Shown one piece after another: positions 12,894 to 25,461 of a DNA stretch of 64,000 nucleotides. This DNA is from Octopus bimaculoides (lineage: Eukaryota), in contig NC_068981.1 of the NCBI RefSeq assembly GCF_001194135.2, positions 56,966,047 to 57,030,046 on the forward strand, read 5' to 3'. The position numbers and the translations under genes are program-made. How positions within the stretch are numbered: the first letter of the stretch is position 1; each line of letters starts with the position of its first letter. Under the pieces are notes generated by a model. It did no database searches. It saw only the letters and a list, made by a program, of their open reading frames with translations, and was not told the origin of the DNA.

Positions 12894-13115
12894 AGCGGCA
12901 AGCTGACAGAATCGTTAGAACGCCGGGCAATATGAGTAGCGACATTTCGTCCGTTATTACGTTCTGAGTTCCAATTCCGCTGATGTCGATTTTACCTTTC
13001 ATTCTTTCGGGGTCGATAAAATAATAAGTACCAGTCTTGTACTTGGGTAGATGCAATCGATTTGCACCCCACCCCACCCTAAATTGCTGGCTTTGTGCCA
13101 AAATTTGAAACCAAT
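12894..13115 (+). mobile_element. tRNA-derived SINE family A, full length
   Basis: Head gcggcaagctgacagaatcgttag has an A-box-like motif and a gagttccaattcc B-box-like motif. It ends gtgccaaaatttgaaaccaat. Candidate TSD AATGTAAGT at 12873-12881 and 13113-13121. Confidence 0.9.
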
Positions 13116-14228
13116 GTAAGTGTAATTTTAAAATATAATACCTCTAAGATGGTAACTGCATTATAGTCAGGCCGGTAAAAACATTTAATCATTAGAAACT
13201 TAAAAAGACAAAAAACTACAAATTAATTGTACAGTAAGGAACAAATCGAATTCCAAAAACTGGCTGTTTTTGGAAAAAGAATCAATTGATAAGGTTTATA
13301 AAATTGAAGAAGCTCGTGTGTTACGGTCCACAAACTTATTTAATTTTACAAGATTATTATATAATGTATATTTCTAACTTGATTTATCACGACTCTGAAT
13401 TGAAGTCTCGCAGACCTTATCAAGTTTTACGAGTGTTTTTCAAAATAAATACCAGTAACACACTACACTGGAGAATATTCAAAGCTGTGTAATATGAACT
13501 GAGTAACTCGAAATAATTTATACTGCATCTCAGTTTCACATAATACTGCTGGAAATATTCTTTAAATGACCAATATATCTTGCTTTCTCTCACTTTCTCA
13601 ATTCTGTAATGTTATTCTTCATGAAGGAAACAGTGTATACATATTTAAATGAATCTGGAATCTGTAAAGAGTTGCTGCAGTAACTTCAATTGCCAAATTT
13701 GATATCCAGTCATATCCTTAAATCAAAATAAGCTAAAATTGAATATCACGAACGGTCTGACTAAAACCGACAGTATCCAGTAGTTTCATGGATCAATCTA
13801 TACCATACTTACCTCTTCTAAAGATTTTTTCTTACAAAGAAATAAAAATTTGCCTAGATCAATTACCCAATGGTTTTGGTAGAGTGTTAGATGATATCTC
13901 TAGCCAAATTTAGTTCTGTCTCTGCGTTCTGGGTTCAAAACTGTTGAAGTGGCTCTACTTTTATAACAACAAATAAGTACTAGCCCAATACTGAGACCGT
14001 TTGAAGCAGTTAGACTGCTCCTCGGTACATTTCTGGCGTAGTACAGATGTAAACAATCAATATTTACCTATATATGCTGATCAATCTGTTAATCCCTTCT
14101 CAAAAAGTATGGCTAACATTTCATGTATTTATTTGTTTATTTGTTCAACAAATATTTACCTGCATCACTTATAACCACTGCTCAGAAGAAACATTTAATC
14201 CTTCTTACTCGCAATATTTTCATATTCT

Positions 14229-14450
14229 AATGCGGTGAGCTGACAGAGTCGTTAGCACTCCGCGCAAAACTGCTTAGCGGCATTTCGTCCGTCTTCACGT
14301 TCTGAGTTCAAATTCCGCTGAGGTCGACTTCGCCTTTTGTCTTTTCAAGATCGATAAAATAAGTACCAGTCAAACATTGGGGTCGGTCTAACTGATTTAC
14401 TCCTCCCCCGAAAATTGCTGGTCTTGTACCAAAATTTTAAATCAATGTCT
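14229..14450 (+). mobile_element. SINE family A, first of a tandem pair
   Basis: Full-length match to the 12894 copy. Flanked by TCATATTCT. Confidence 0.9.
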
Positions 14451-14459
14451 TCATATTCT

Positions 14460-14656
14460 AAAGCGACAAGCTGGCAGAATCGTTAGCTTTCCGGGCAAAA
14501 TGCTTGGAGCCATTTCGTCCTCCTTTATGTTCTGAGTTCAAGTTTCAAGTTCTGCCAAGGTCGACTTTTCCTTTTATCCTTCCGAGGTCGATGTAATAAA
14601 CTTAGCCCCTCCTCACGAAATACCTGACCTTATGCCAAAATTTGAAACCAATAACA
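14460..14656 (+). mobile_element. SINE family A, second of a tandem pair (internal deletion)
   Basis: Same family. It lacks the segment between the two GGTCGAT motifs. Flanked by TCATATTCT. Confidence 0.88.
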
Positions 14657-17043
14657 TCATATTCTGCAGAAATTTTAATTTTTTTTTTCTTTCTGAGGCT
14701 TAAAGGCATGTAAAAAAAAAAAAGAAATGGAAGACAATGAATTGACTCAATACTTTAGATCTAACAAGCCCTAAACTTTTTAACTTAAAATATTTGCAAT
14801 GGGCAGTAAACTATAAAGAACGCCAAAACCATTTCTGCATATGTCTCAATGATTTTGTGTCATTAAAGTTTTATTGCTCATTTCAAATATTCCTGTTCAA
14901 GATTAGGGCTCGAATAGTTTATTTTTCTTCTAGCGTTGCATTGTTAAGTGGTTTTTATTACCTTACTATTCGTATAATAATAAGTTACCTATAGAACATA
15001 CTTTTGTTAATGAAAAAGATATCTCACATGCGAGAACTTTATAACTGTAGAAATTACCTGAGTAATCTAAGTTCAATTCTAAGTGAGCTCTCTATTTTAA
15101 CTTTAGAAACCAGCTGGATATCAACTTGAGTTGAAACCAACCCCACTCTGGGCAAGCGAAGAGACATTATTGATTAGGTAAATGTTGGAACTGGTCACGA
15201 AAGCATAAGACATTATATATTTGTTCCAAGCAGGAGGTGAAAATACATTAAAATATTGTCTGTTACTAAGAACAACCGCAGAGAATTTTTTTGAACTTTC
15301 ATTCTTCTTATATGTGTGTGGGTGTATGTATGTGGAGTGCGTGTTTGTGTATGTGCTTCTGTGTCTGTATATGTGTCTGTGTTTGTGTGTGTATGTACGC
15401 ACGCGAGTATATGTATTATACCAGAGATACTTTGTATATTCATTGAAATAAACACTTAAAGAGGTAAAATTTCAAATTAGATGTATTTTATCAGTCGGTG
15501 TAAAGTAGGAGCAGAACACATGACCCTTGTAGACCCTTTAAACTGGTGACATTGTTGCAGCTAGTTTTTAGTTTCAATATCTGTGGTCAGATCTACAGAA
15601 AAATTGTGGCTGGAGATGGAACTCCGGAGGGTTGCAAGGAGAATCAAATTGGCAAAAGGATGACAAGAGGAGAAATAAGTGTATCGGGAGAGTCTAGGTA
15701 GCAAGCTGGTTCAAAGAAGACTAATCCATGATTGAAGAAGCAGAGAGAAATTAGTCACCAAGTGCGAAAATCAATGTCATTAAATTGATTTAATGACATT
15801 ATTTCGTGATTTGTGAGTAATAGCAGAACTAATCTAGATAGGTGGGCACTAACCCAATGCAATTTGCACTTCTGTAATTAATCAGGGCTAGGAGAAGAGG
15901 CGTTGTAGTTTTTGTTTTTTGTTTTGTTTATTTGTTTTCGATCCTGGGGTCTGTCTCTGTTGCATTTAAAATAAGTCGATAGTTGGAAATGAGACAGGAA
16001 ACACAGTTAATTTTTCTTTATACAATGCAGACCCCTGGAGCTAGAGTAAAATTCAAGTACTTGTTGATAATAGCAACTAGCTCAAAAGTGTACTACTTGA
16101 GAATTATATAGAACGGACACTCTTTGTCTTGATTGGGTTGGATTGAACAAAGGTATTTTCGTACTTGGTGAATATATGTGTACGTTTCGGGGAGAGTGAT
16201 GTGGAGAGATGCATTTGGAAGAGATTTTGCTTTGTACATGCAATGTAGAGTTAAAACAGAATGTGCAGCAAATGCAGCGGACAGGTACATTACTTAAAAA
16301 GACATCTATCTTGTTTGAAATGTTACGGTTACCACAGGATTTCGAGTAACAATGTTGTGTAGTTGGTAGATACGAGATCTAAGCTTTGTTTAAAAAGGGA
16401 TCGGATGATCACATGGGTTTAAGTATTACTAGGTAAATTTTTAGTTTGGAGTGAGGAAGTGGTCAAAGGAGTTTGGAACGTTCTTAAGTTGGTCAGGAAT
16501 AGGGTTAGGTGAAGACTGAATACATAAACCTATAACTATGAAGAAGGGAGCATTTGAGTAAGAGTTGATGGAATTTTTATTTGCGCATACACACACACAT
16601 GCACACACACACACACATACACGCACACTCATGCAAACATACACACATAAATACGCACATGCACATTCATGAGATTATTAAGATGTGTGATTAGTATGTT
16701 CGAGTGTTTTGTGGATAAAAGTTTACGGAAGATACTGAGGGGATACTATCTGTTTCATACATCATTTTATAAATGTTCGCATTTTTGGTTTTGGATTATC
16801 TTTGTCGAGGAAGGGAAAAAGGAAATCATAACCCATGGTTTACGTTGATTACTGTGAATAGTCCAAACAGAAATCATTGGTAGTGTGTGGGTCTTTCAAA
16901 ACCCTACAATCTCTGAGGTTGCAGTGGAATGCTATGCCAGCTAAGAGAGTGCCTTTCAAACCGTTACTCCGAGGTTCGTGCCCCTATTTTATTTACCAGC
17001 AAGTGATTACGGATAAACCTTTACTACTTGTTCACTCTGACAG

Positions 17044-17190
17044 TTATTGGTTTCAAATAGTGGCACAAGGCCAGCAATTTTATGGGCGGGGTTAAGTCGA
17101 TTATATCGACGGCAGTGCTCGACTGGTACTTATTTTATCGAACCCCGAAAGGATTAAATGCAAGGTCGACCTCGGTGGAGTTTGAACTCC
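17044..17190 (-). mobile_element. SINE family A, 5'-truncated
   Basis: Reverse complement matches from gagttcaaact to the ggcacaagg/gaaaccaat 3' end. Confidence 0.85.
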
Positions 17191-17239
17191 CAGCTCAAAT
17201 AATTTGTTTATAGTAATCAAATGTATTTTCTGTGCATTA

Positions 17240-17417
17240 ACTCACTCTCTCCATCAAACCGACGTTACATGAACAAGTGCACAGTGTCAAGTGTCGAAGT
17301 GATCGCAGAGCCACGTGAGATGACGTGTTCTGCTCAAGAACAAAACGCACCGGGATTTGAAACCACGACCTTACGATCGTGAGTGTAACGCCTAAATCAC
17401 TAGGCCATGCGTCCTCA
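17240..17417 (-). mobile_element. tRNA-derived SINE (same head type as 24255-24500)
   Basis: Minus strand has tggcctagtg (A box), ggtttcaaatccc (B box), then tgttcttgagcagaacac. Confidence 0.8.
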
Positions 17418-20400
17418 ATTGACAAATAGTAAAAAAATTAGTCAGCCTTAGCATCTCTATAGAACTTTTGGTATCTATATCCGACCCAAAGTCGGAATTC
17501 GCTGAAACGCATAGAGTAAGAATGGTCAGAACAAGAAAAATAAGAGAAGACTGCAACAGAGTTGATTTCATTACAAATTATTTAAACTAATCAGATTTAC
17601 GTATTGGGCTTTAAGGGGAAAAAATAACCAAACAAATATTTCGCTTAATTTTGTGTTTTTTTTTATAGTAAAATTAGTATTCATACTTTATTAGATCCTA
17701 TCATTAATGCTACCTGGCCAATAATTTGATCTCATCCACATGGCAACACTATAACACAAGAAATATTGACACTATTAGTTAGTAATTTTAACTATTTAAG
17801 CAACTGCAAATTCCAATCTAATAAACAGCCTGAGACTTTTAATTATCTGATGTTTTCAATTAATCTTAATACATTGCTTTAAGGACAAAGTGTCACCTAT
17901 TGGGATAATAACTAATCATGTTAGGGCATAACTAGATATTCTAGGTAAGATTCTACAAAAGACTAAAACAAACTATTTCTTTTTTACTTCAGATGACGTC
18001 ATCTTTGCAATATAATCTTGCTACAGTATTCCTAAAATGCGTTAAAGGATGTTAAAATCAATTATATTTCAAAGATTGAGAACCACCCTGGGGCATACAA
18101 ATATAACCCAAACTCACCGCCATTAAAAATATATTTATTTATCTCTTTATTTTACTGCTTCTACCTTCGAGGTAACGATTCGTGTATTTTCTGAAAGCTG
18201 CCTTTATCTTTGGGGATTCGCAATTTTTCGCTATTTTAGTTTAATTTATTCCCGTATTCTCACATATTTGTAATTTTCACAGTCCAATTTCTGCACACAG
18301 AATACTACTATATTTTTGAAAGCTGTTTGTAAAAAAAAAATGTTTGACATTAACTACAAATGCGTTCATCTTATACTTCTAGTTATTCAGCTTTTGCTGC
18401 TGCCGTTGTTGCTGCTGCAGTTTTAGTGCTTTTTGTCAAAATTTAGTTTATGGCAGTTGTTATATGCTTTCATGAATAATAATGATACCTTTGTTTTAAT
18501 AATTTTCCTCTTAATAGTACCAGTCCTTATTAGGAAACTAAAAATTTCAGGAACGTTGATGGTGTTGGAGAATATTTCATAAGGATTTCGATTAGCTTAA
18601 CAAGCGGTGACAACGCAAGATGTCAACAATCAATGGCAAGTTATAATTCCATACAACAAAAACCATTAAATCTTGACAATCGATGGCAAGATGTCACGAA
18701 CCAATGACAAGGTGCTATTAAATGGTGAGTAGATGTCGTATAAACAGCTATCATAATTTCAGATCATTAGTGGTTAAAATATATCACCAATATTCTGTAT
18801 AGCCACAAGTAAATCATAATTCAAATTTACCAGTCTATAATTAAACTTCGTTATTTCGTCATTTTTAAATTGTTTGTATTTTAACTTTAACTTACTAATT
18901 TGCAAACATTTTTTCTGCCCTTGGATTTCAATAAATCTTGCTATTAATGTATTTTTTAAACTTCCACTCTTTCTCTCGGTTCTTGACCCTAAAGCAATCA
19001 CTTCCAATGTTTGAAATACCAAACTCTTGTGGGATATCGTAAAACACATAAATTTAGCTACAGATTGCATGAAAAAGGAAATTAAAGATAAAGTATATCT
19101 GCCAAATCAACTCTATAATTATTGAATCTGAATTGGACATTTTCGATTTGATACACATAAAATCCTATAACAAGATAAGAATTTTTTTTTTCCAAGCAAT
19201 GAGTATCGAATAAATGGAGGCACCCAAAGGATTTTCGATCTTAAAACTCGCATCCAAATGAAACCCTAAGAGATACTGACATAATAGAGAGAAAAAGAGA
19301 GAACAAAATTAATTGAAAACGAAGAAAATATATAAATTCCATTGAGTTCTCAGCGGTGAAAATAAGGTCTTGTGCGTTGTGTGAAATATGCTTTACTTAG
19401 AATTGTCAAAAAAGCAAAAATATAATCGTATGAAAAAGCAACAATTCTTATTTACTGAGCAGATAGCAAAATAAAGGATGGGGGGTATAAAAGACCCTTT
19501 TTATATGCATCATACGTTAAAATATATGTTGCATATCACTAAATCCTTTGCAATTATCCTAAGATATCCACCGATTATGTTATGTGTGCCTACACTTTGC
19601 AAATATAAATAGATCGAGCTACTGTAAAAAGTATTTGGAGAATTTAGTTTAACATTAGTTCAACTAACACTGTTGGTATATGATGAGTTTGGAAATATCA
19701 AGTAATCAGTGAAGGAACATGGAATCATAAATATTAGAAAATAGATATGTATTGAAAGATGGTGGTAAGAGTTAGAAGATAAAGAGCGAGTAGAGAGATG
19801 GGGAGAAAAGAAAGATGCGATGATTAAAATATAGGAAGATAGGGGTTGGGTGCACTGAATTGTATACTACTTTATGACTGTTTGCCTGTCTATATTATTT
19901 ATTAATTGAACAGCGCTAATATTTTTTATTAGAATATATCCTTAACCTTGAAAATTTCAGTTTTCAGATTCAAATTCTTTGAAGTTTCTAACGTAAAAAA
20001 GAAATATTTCAAAGCTGGGGTAAATGTGTACACTTATATATAAATCTTATCATATTTTCAAGGTGTTGTACATAATTCTTAACTAGAAGTTCTGCTTAAA
20101 TCTCTGTCTGTAAATATGCATGTTTGAATATCTATATACATTATTCTACACAAACTATGTAGATACATTAAAATGTTGACTTCATCAAAACTGAACAAAA
20201 TTCAACATGATCGAACTCGTGATGCCTAAGTTATCAGACCCCCATTTTTCAAGAAAGAAAGAATAAATATGCGTTGTCATTCAGAAATAATTACTATATT
20301 TGTTTTATAGCAGATTCTTAGAATGTGTTATTTGTCATTTTACTACATGTCATGTATCTATATTATTTTAAAACTTATCTTGCTCGCAATCATTATATAT

Positions 20401-20774
20401 TGCATTATAATACTACTAATACTATCAAACATTCGTGTAATTATGTCATCCACAGCAAAATCAAAATTGTCTGCGTCGCGCACACACCAGTTCTAAATCG
20501 ATGACAATACAGCTGCAGTCAGTTGGAACATAATTCAGGCATTTGCTAATGATACAGCTAACATCAAAACGTTCATTACCCAGATAGCGCTCAGTTGACA
20601 CAAACATCTAACATCTTGTGCTTGACCACAAACACTTGCCGATGGCGATGAGCATGTTTCATATATCTCTTAAATTGAGACAGAACTGGTGCGGGGTGGG
20701 GAGGATGTTTGATATTAATTTCGCAAAGTGTTTTCAGCATGAAATGTAATTACTACCAAATGAAAAAGAAAACA

Positions 20775-20960
20775 AGGGAGTCTCTGAACGGTAGTCTAAC
20801 CTGCTAGAAATAGTAACCAAATTATTCTTCCCTCACACCTTATTGTCTTGAAAAGGGAATGACACGTTGAATAATATAGCTCTACATACAATAAAGGAGG
20901 GTTTGGTCCCGGTTGAAACGCCTTTGATCGTAGACCTGACTGGGGAATACACAACTGCAA
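20775..20960 (+). repeat. Dispersed repeat family C (ctgctagaaatag motif)
   Basis: aacctgctagaaatagtaaccaaat...cctttgatcgtagacctg. Reverse copies at about 22460, 32610 and 49060. Confidence 0.7.
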
Positions 20961-21186
20961 GAATAGCTTCACACTGAAGAATTTAGCGAACTAAATAAAT
21001 AAGAACAAAACAGAGAAAAATATGGTTGTTGCTCCTTAATCATAGCATGACATATTTTTATAACTATCTGAGATTTGTATGAAAAATTCTTCACGATAGA
21101 CCCAACAAGGAAACTGAATTCGGCTGCGTATTCTCTATCACGCTTAAACAGAGCATTCTACAGATAGGCTAATAAACTAATTCATT

Positions 21187-21237
<51 letters not shown>

Positions 21238-22459
21238 ATATATACATATATATTTTTTCTCCTCTTAGGGACTCACAAGTAGTCTCCTGCTCATGATAAA
21301 TGTTGCTGCTCTAACAGTGTTTTCAATAAGTTTTCCGCCTGTAGTCTTCCTCCGTCTCTCATTCCTCAAATCCAAAATCTCCTGTAACACACCAGTATTA
21401 CAGTGTGTGGCGATGGGGCTTTCTATGAACCGTAGTTTTTAACTTCTGGTGTTTCCCAAGTTGCCATTCTTGCTTTTAATACATTAACGTCCTACTTGTA
21501 GTTAGTTCAAACAACTCCCATTGCAATGTATATGATACCATGCTTCACTCCGCATTCTTTCTCACATAAGCGTCACCCATACTTAACATAAACAACTGAT
21601 GTCACATGTTAATTATCTTCATAAACACAGACCTTGAAAATATTTTTCAATTCAAATATAGAAACTTAGTTCTTTTGATAATACAAAGACATAATCGGAA
21701 CACTTATCGATGAGTCATTCTGAGATTCTCTCTCCCTAGTCAGGAACAACACAGTGTAAACTCTCAATCGAAGTTATTACAAATGCTTGGACCTTCTCAG
21801 ATATCTGGTCAGACCAACATTTGAGTACAGCTTACACATATGTGGGTCGGTGTCCTTGTTACACACATATGCGTCCTAAACCACATTCAAAATCCTTACC
21901 TTCAGTTCTCAAACACTTTTTGCTCATTAGTTCTCAGAGCCGCTCTTATTTCTTTATGTCTCTTCTACCACTTTAATAATGTCCCTTGTTCTCTGAACTA
22001 GCTAATGGAATATGCCATTCCTGCTGTAACTAGCTTCCAAGTTCATTAAACTATCCCTTTCTCCACAGAACTGCAACTCAAGAATTCCATCACCACCCAC
22101 ATTTTTTTCCCTGCAGCAATCTATCTACTGATGTTCGATCACAAAGCCCTTCGTTTAACTAATTAATGAAAGAAGTATAGGAAATGAACTAGCTACAATA
22201 ACGTAGCTAAACATATATTTAAACGAGTATCATCTATGCTGTGAGCGAATACTACGATTTGAGATTATAATCTCATTATGCTCATAAATATTTGTTTCTT
22301 TTAACAACATATCAAATCTTTATGTTAGTGCCATACTACTGATGATTAGTCAAAGGTCAACTCTTATCAGGAAACCCTCCTGGTGAATGACTAGGTTCTA
22401 TCAATAATCTTTCATTTAATTTTTACCCATAATGATGCGCGCACGCATGCACATATGCA

Positions 22460-22600
22460 TGACAATCCTGTCCTTTTCAAAGGTTGAGTGCATGCAGGTC
22501 TGCGTTATCTAATTTGCCATTGTTTTTCTAAGACGGTACCGTGGGATTTGAGGAAGACATGGTAGCTATTTCTAGCAGATTGAGTGACAACATAATGCCT
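22460..22600 (-). repeat. Dispersed repeat family C
   Basis: Contains gctatttctagcagattg and taagacggtaccgtgggatttgag, which are reverse matches to the 20.8 kb copy. Confidence 0.65.
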
Positions 22601-22858
22601 TCCTCTTTACATCGACTTCTCCATCTCTATCTCTAGGGAATTACGTTGGAAGAGAAGCAGAAAAAACATACGAAATTTGTTATAAGGATGACTATTACAA
22701 AAAGAGAAGATTATAGAGAAGAAAGTAGATGCAGAATCGCTTGTTAGAGTCAACAAATTACATAGGCACCGCCTTCAAAGGTTTAATCAATCATCTAGAC
22801 ATTATTACTTATTTCAGCCTGGTATTTAATTTATCAGTTTTATTTGTCGAAAGTGATA

Positions 22859-24156
22859 GAGGAGACCGGGTCTAGTTGTTACACGGGTAAGTTGTTACAA
22901 GCCTATTGTTTCCAACTTCAAGAAATAGGTGGCACTCGGGTCTCTACCTCATGAAGGCCAACTCCATAGCATCATGACTGCACATGTGTATTGCACTGGC
23001 GGGCTCTCACCAGGAAAGGTATGGCTCAAAAAACGATTTTTTACTCCAAAAGTGAAATTTTGCGACAAAGTTATTTCCTTAACTACTAAAGCACAAGTGG
23101 TGTTACTGAAGTAGTTTGTGGCTCATTAGGAAGTGTTAGAAGTTGCCTTCGATACATGAAGGTGTGTCCTGGATGCCATGCATTGCTAGTTCTGTATACG
23201 AGTTAATCCCTAGAAATCCATGGTCGGGTCTAATTGTTACAGTGTATCAACCTACCCCAGGCATGTAACAACTTACCCCTTCTATTTCAGTTTAACATGC
23301 CATGCCAAGAAATTACAAAAGGAAAACTACAAGTGGGGGGGGGGGATACCCATCCTGATGTCATGGAAAGAGCCACCAGGAAAGTTGTGGATGAAAAGAA
23401 ATCATTACGGGATGTTGCTGTAAAACGGCGCATAGTGGATGAAATCGGCGAATGGAATTCCAAACCAAAGAAGGCAACTGGTACAGAAAAGGCAACAAAG
23501 GGAGCGGGAAAGTCAGCTAAAACAGGTAAAGGCAAAGGGAAGCAACCTCGCAGCAAGTGAGTCGCCGATTGGAAATGCCTTGTTTGCTCAGATTGGTATT
23601 CCAACTCCCTTCCAGGAGAAGAATAGCTGCAGTGCAAGATCTGTAAAGACTGGGGACACACTGACTGCACCGATGTACGACAGGACTTTCTGTGTGATCT
23701 ATGGGGTGAGGAGTTAATGGAGGACGATTCCGACTAAATGGCACTTATAACAATGGGGAAATTGGCTGATGAGGACTCTCAGTATCACAGTTAGGATATG
23801 GGGTGGTTCAAAGCACAGTTAATTAACTAAAATAATACTTCCTAGATACAAGAAGCAGGAGACGTATTCATTTTAAACTTGTTTGTTAACATAATTCCGA
23901 GTTATCGACAGTTGTAACAAAGTACCCCAGTAAGTTCCACAACGTACCCTGCACGCGGAGAAAATTGTTACTGCTGACACCACCTCATTAATTAGAACCT
24001 GTCTAATTAATGTTATGTAATTGATGTATTTTTTCTGGTATTAACAATAAATAGAGATGTTTTACTCATTAAATCTGCAAAGAAACTTCAACTGTGTTCA
24101 TTTATGTGGGTGCCAAAGCAAAAAAATGTAAAAATGTAACTAGACTCGGTCTTCCC
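22859..24156 (+). mobile_element. Internally deleted pogo/Tigger-like (TcMar) DNA transposon, about 1.3 kb
   Basis: Left TA|GAGGAGACCGGGTCTAGTTGTTACA and right TAACTAGACTCGGTCTTCCC form imperfect TIRs. GGGTAAGTTGTTACA-type subterminal repeats recur inverted near 23265 and 23915. It contains a transposase remnant. Confidence 0.8.
23302..23737 (+). pseudogene. pogo-like transposase remnant: N-terminal HTH start fused to C-terminal PHD finger, DDE domain deleted
   Basis: MPRNYKRKTTSGGG (frameshift in an 11-G run) DTHPDVMERATRKVVDEKKSLRDVA|VKRRIVDE...GKQPRSK*VADWKCLVCSDWYSNSLPGEE*LQCKICKDWGHTDCTDVRQDFLCDLW...DSD*. This is a C4HC3-type pattern with the last C seen as W. Confidence 0.75.
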
Positions 24157-24219
24157 AGCAATATAAATAAAAACTATACCGTGCCAGCATAAGCATGCAC
24201 ATACGTTTCACTTTCTCTC

Positions 24220-24254
<35 letters not shown>

Positions 24255-24256
<2 letters not shown>

Positions 24257-24500
24257 AGGCGCGTAGCTTAGTTGTTAGGGTGTCAGCATCATGATCGTAA
24301 GATTGTGATTTCGATTCCTGGACCAGGCGACGCGTTGTGTTCTTGAGCAAAACACCTCATTTCACGTTGCTCCAGTCCACTCAGCTTGCAAAAGTGAGTA
24401 ACGCTGCGATAGCCTGACGACTCGTCCAGCTGGGGAACACATACTCTACTGAAACCGGGAAACCAAGCCCATGAGCCTGGCTAGGCTTTAAAAAGGCGCA
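24255..24500 (+). mobile_element. tRNA-derived SINE (octopus OR-type candidate)
   Basis: Head has tagcttagttg / gatttcgattcc boxes, then tgttcttgagcaaaacac. Tail gagtaacgctgcgat...ggctaggctttaaaaaggcgca. Confidence 0.85.
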
Positions 24501-24504
24501 AGTA

Positions 24505-24813
24505 GAGGCGCAATGGGCCAGTGGTTAGAGCAACGGACTCACGGTCGGAGGATCGCGGTTTCGATTCCCAGACCGAGCGCTATGTGTGTTTATTGAGCGA
24601 AAACACCTAAAGCTCCACGAGGCTCCGGCAGGGAGGCGACCCCTGTTGTACTCTTTCGCCCCAACTTTCTCTCACTCTTTCTTCCTGTTTCTTGAGTAAC
24701 GCTGCGATGGACTGGCGTCCCATCCACCTGAGGTGGGGACACATATACCACAGAAACCAGGGAACCGGGCCCATAAGCCTGGCTAGGCTTTAAAAGGGCG
24801 CATAAATAAATAA
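24505..24813 (+). mobile_element. tRNA(Arg)-like-headed SINE (octopus OR-type candidate)
   Basis: Head ggactcacggtcggaggatcgcggtttcgattccc resembles tRNA-Arg(ACG). It shares the 3' tail with the preceding SINE and ends in (TAAA)n. Confidence 0.85.
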
Positions 24814-24829
24814 TATAATATATATATTC

Positions 24830-25080
24830 ATTTAAAAGAAGAAAAGAAAATGGAGATAAGCACGTTAATAATTGTTTATTATTAACAAATTGGTCGTTTT
24901 CGCTTCTTACAGCCGTTGCAATTAATACTCAATAATTTAATTACAAATTTGTACATTAAATTTACATTTATGTGACATGAGCATAATTTCATCAGAGATA
25001 AAAAAGATCTTCTTTTGAATGTTATATGTGGACCTATCAATATATACTTATTGTTTTAAGGAAATTTCATTCCCAAAAGT
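24830..25080 (-). mobile_element. Second copy of the hammerhead-bearing repeat (probable Penelope-type pLTR)
   Basis: Aligns with 6199-6430 (gttaataattgtt, aattaatactca, gagcataat..tc.tcag). Confidence 0.65.
24905..24998 (-). ncRNA. Hammerhead ribozyme motif, probably inactive (GAAA to GCAA)
   Basis: Minus strand reads tct-CTGATGA-aattatgctca-[46 nt]-tgagtattaatt-GCAA-cggctg-TA-aga. Stem II has 11 bp, stem I has 3 bp, and ACGGCUGU is self-complementary. Confidence 0.55.
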
Positions 25081-25364
25081 ACTGGGCACTGAACCAGTAT
25101 TTCCTTGAATGCAACCATCCCTTCACGTGGTTAACATATTCTCTAATTAAATTTCATATATATGTATAGGCTCCAGCCTCATCTGTGAGCTTGGAACCTA
25201 ACGGATGACAAATTAAAGCACTTACGCAACATACCTATTGGGTTAGATCATCAGTAAACTAAACCCCTCATATCCTATATATTTTTAAGAGGTCATGATG
25301 CAACAGATTTTTGGGATCTGACAATACGCCATAATGCTAAACCCTTTATGGACGGGAAATCTAA

Positions 25365-25396
25365 GGTAATCCCATAAACCGGCTTTTCCCATTTTA

Positions 25397-25461
<65 letters not shown>

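Noticed and set aside
15600-16560. Possible degraded L2/CR1-like LINE on the minus strand
   Set aside because: Only a vague resemblance. No RT motif was recoverable.
18600-18715. NNQWQVIIPYN / LDNRW resembling the Helitron Rep motif DNRWVVPYN
   Set aside because: Better explained by a degenerate ~21-bp tandem unit (GGCAAGATGTC..CAATC.AT).
20440-20700. GC-richer unique-looking patch as a possible exon or conserved element
   Set aside because: All frames are short, with no recognisable protein or convincing splice pair.
22339-22390. CTGATGA...GAAA hammerhead-like spacing
   Set aside because: No stem II or stem I pairing, and the triplet would be GUG.
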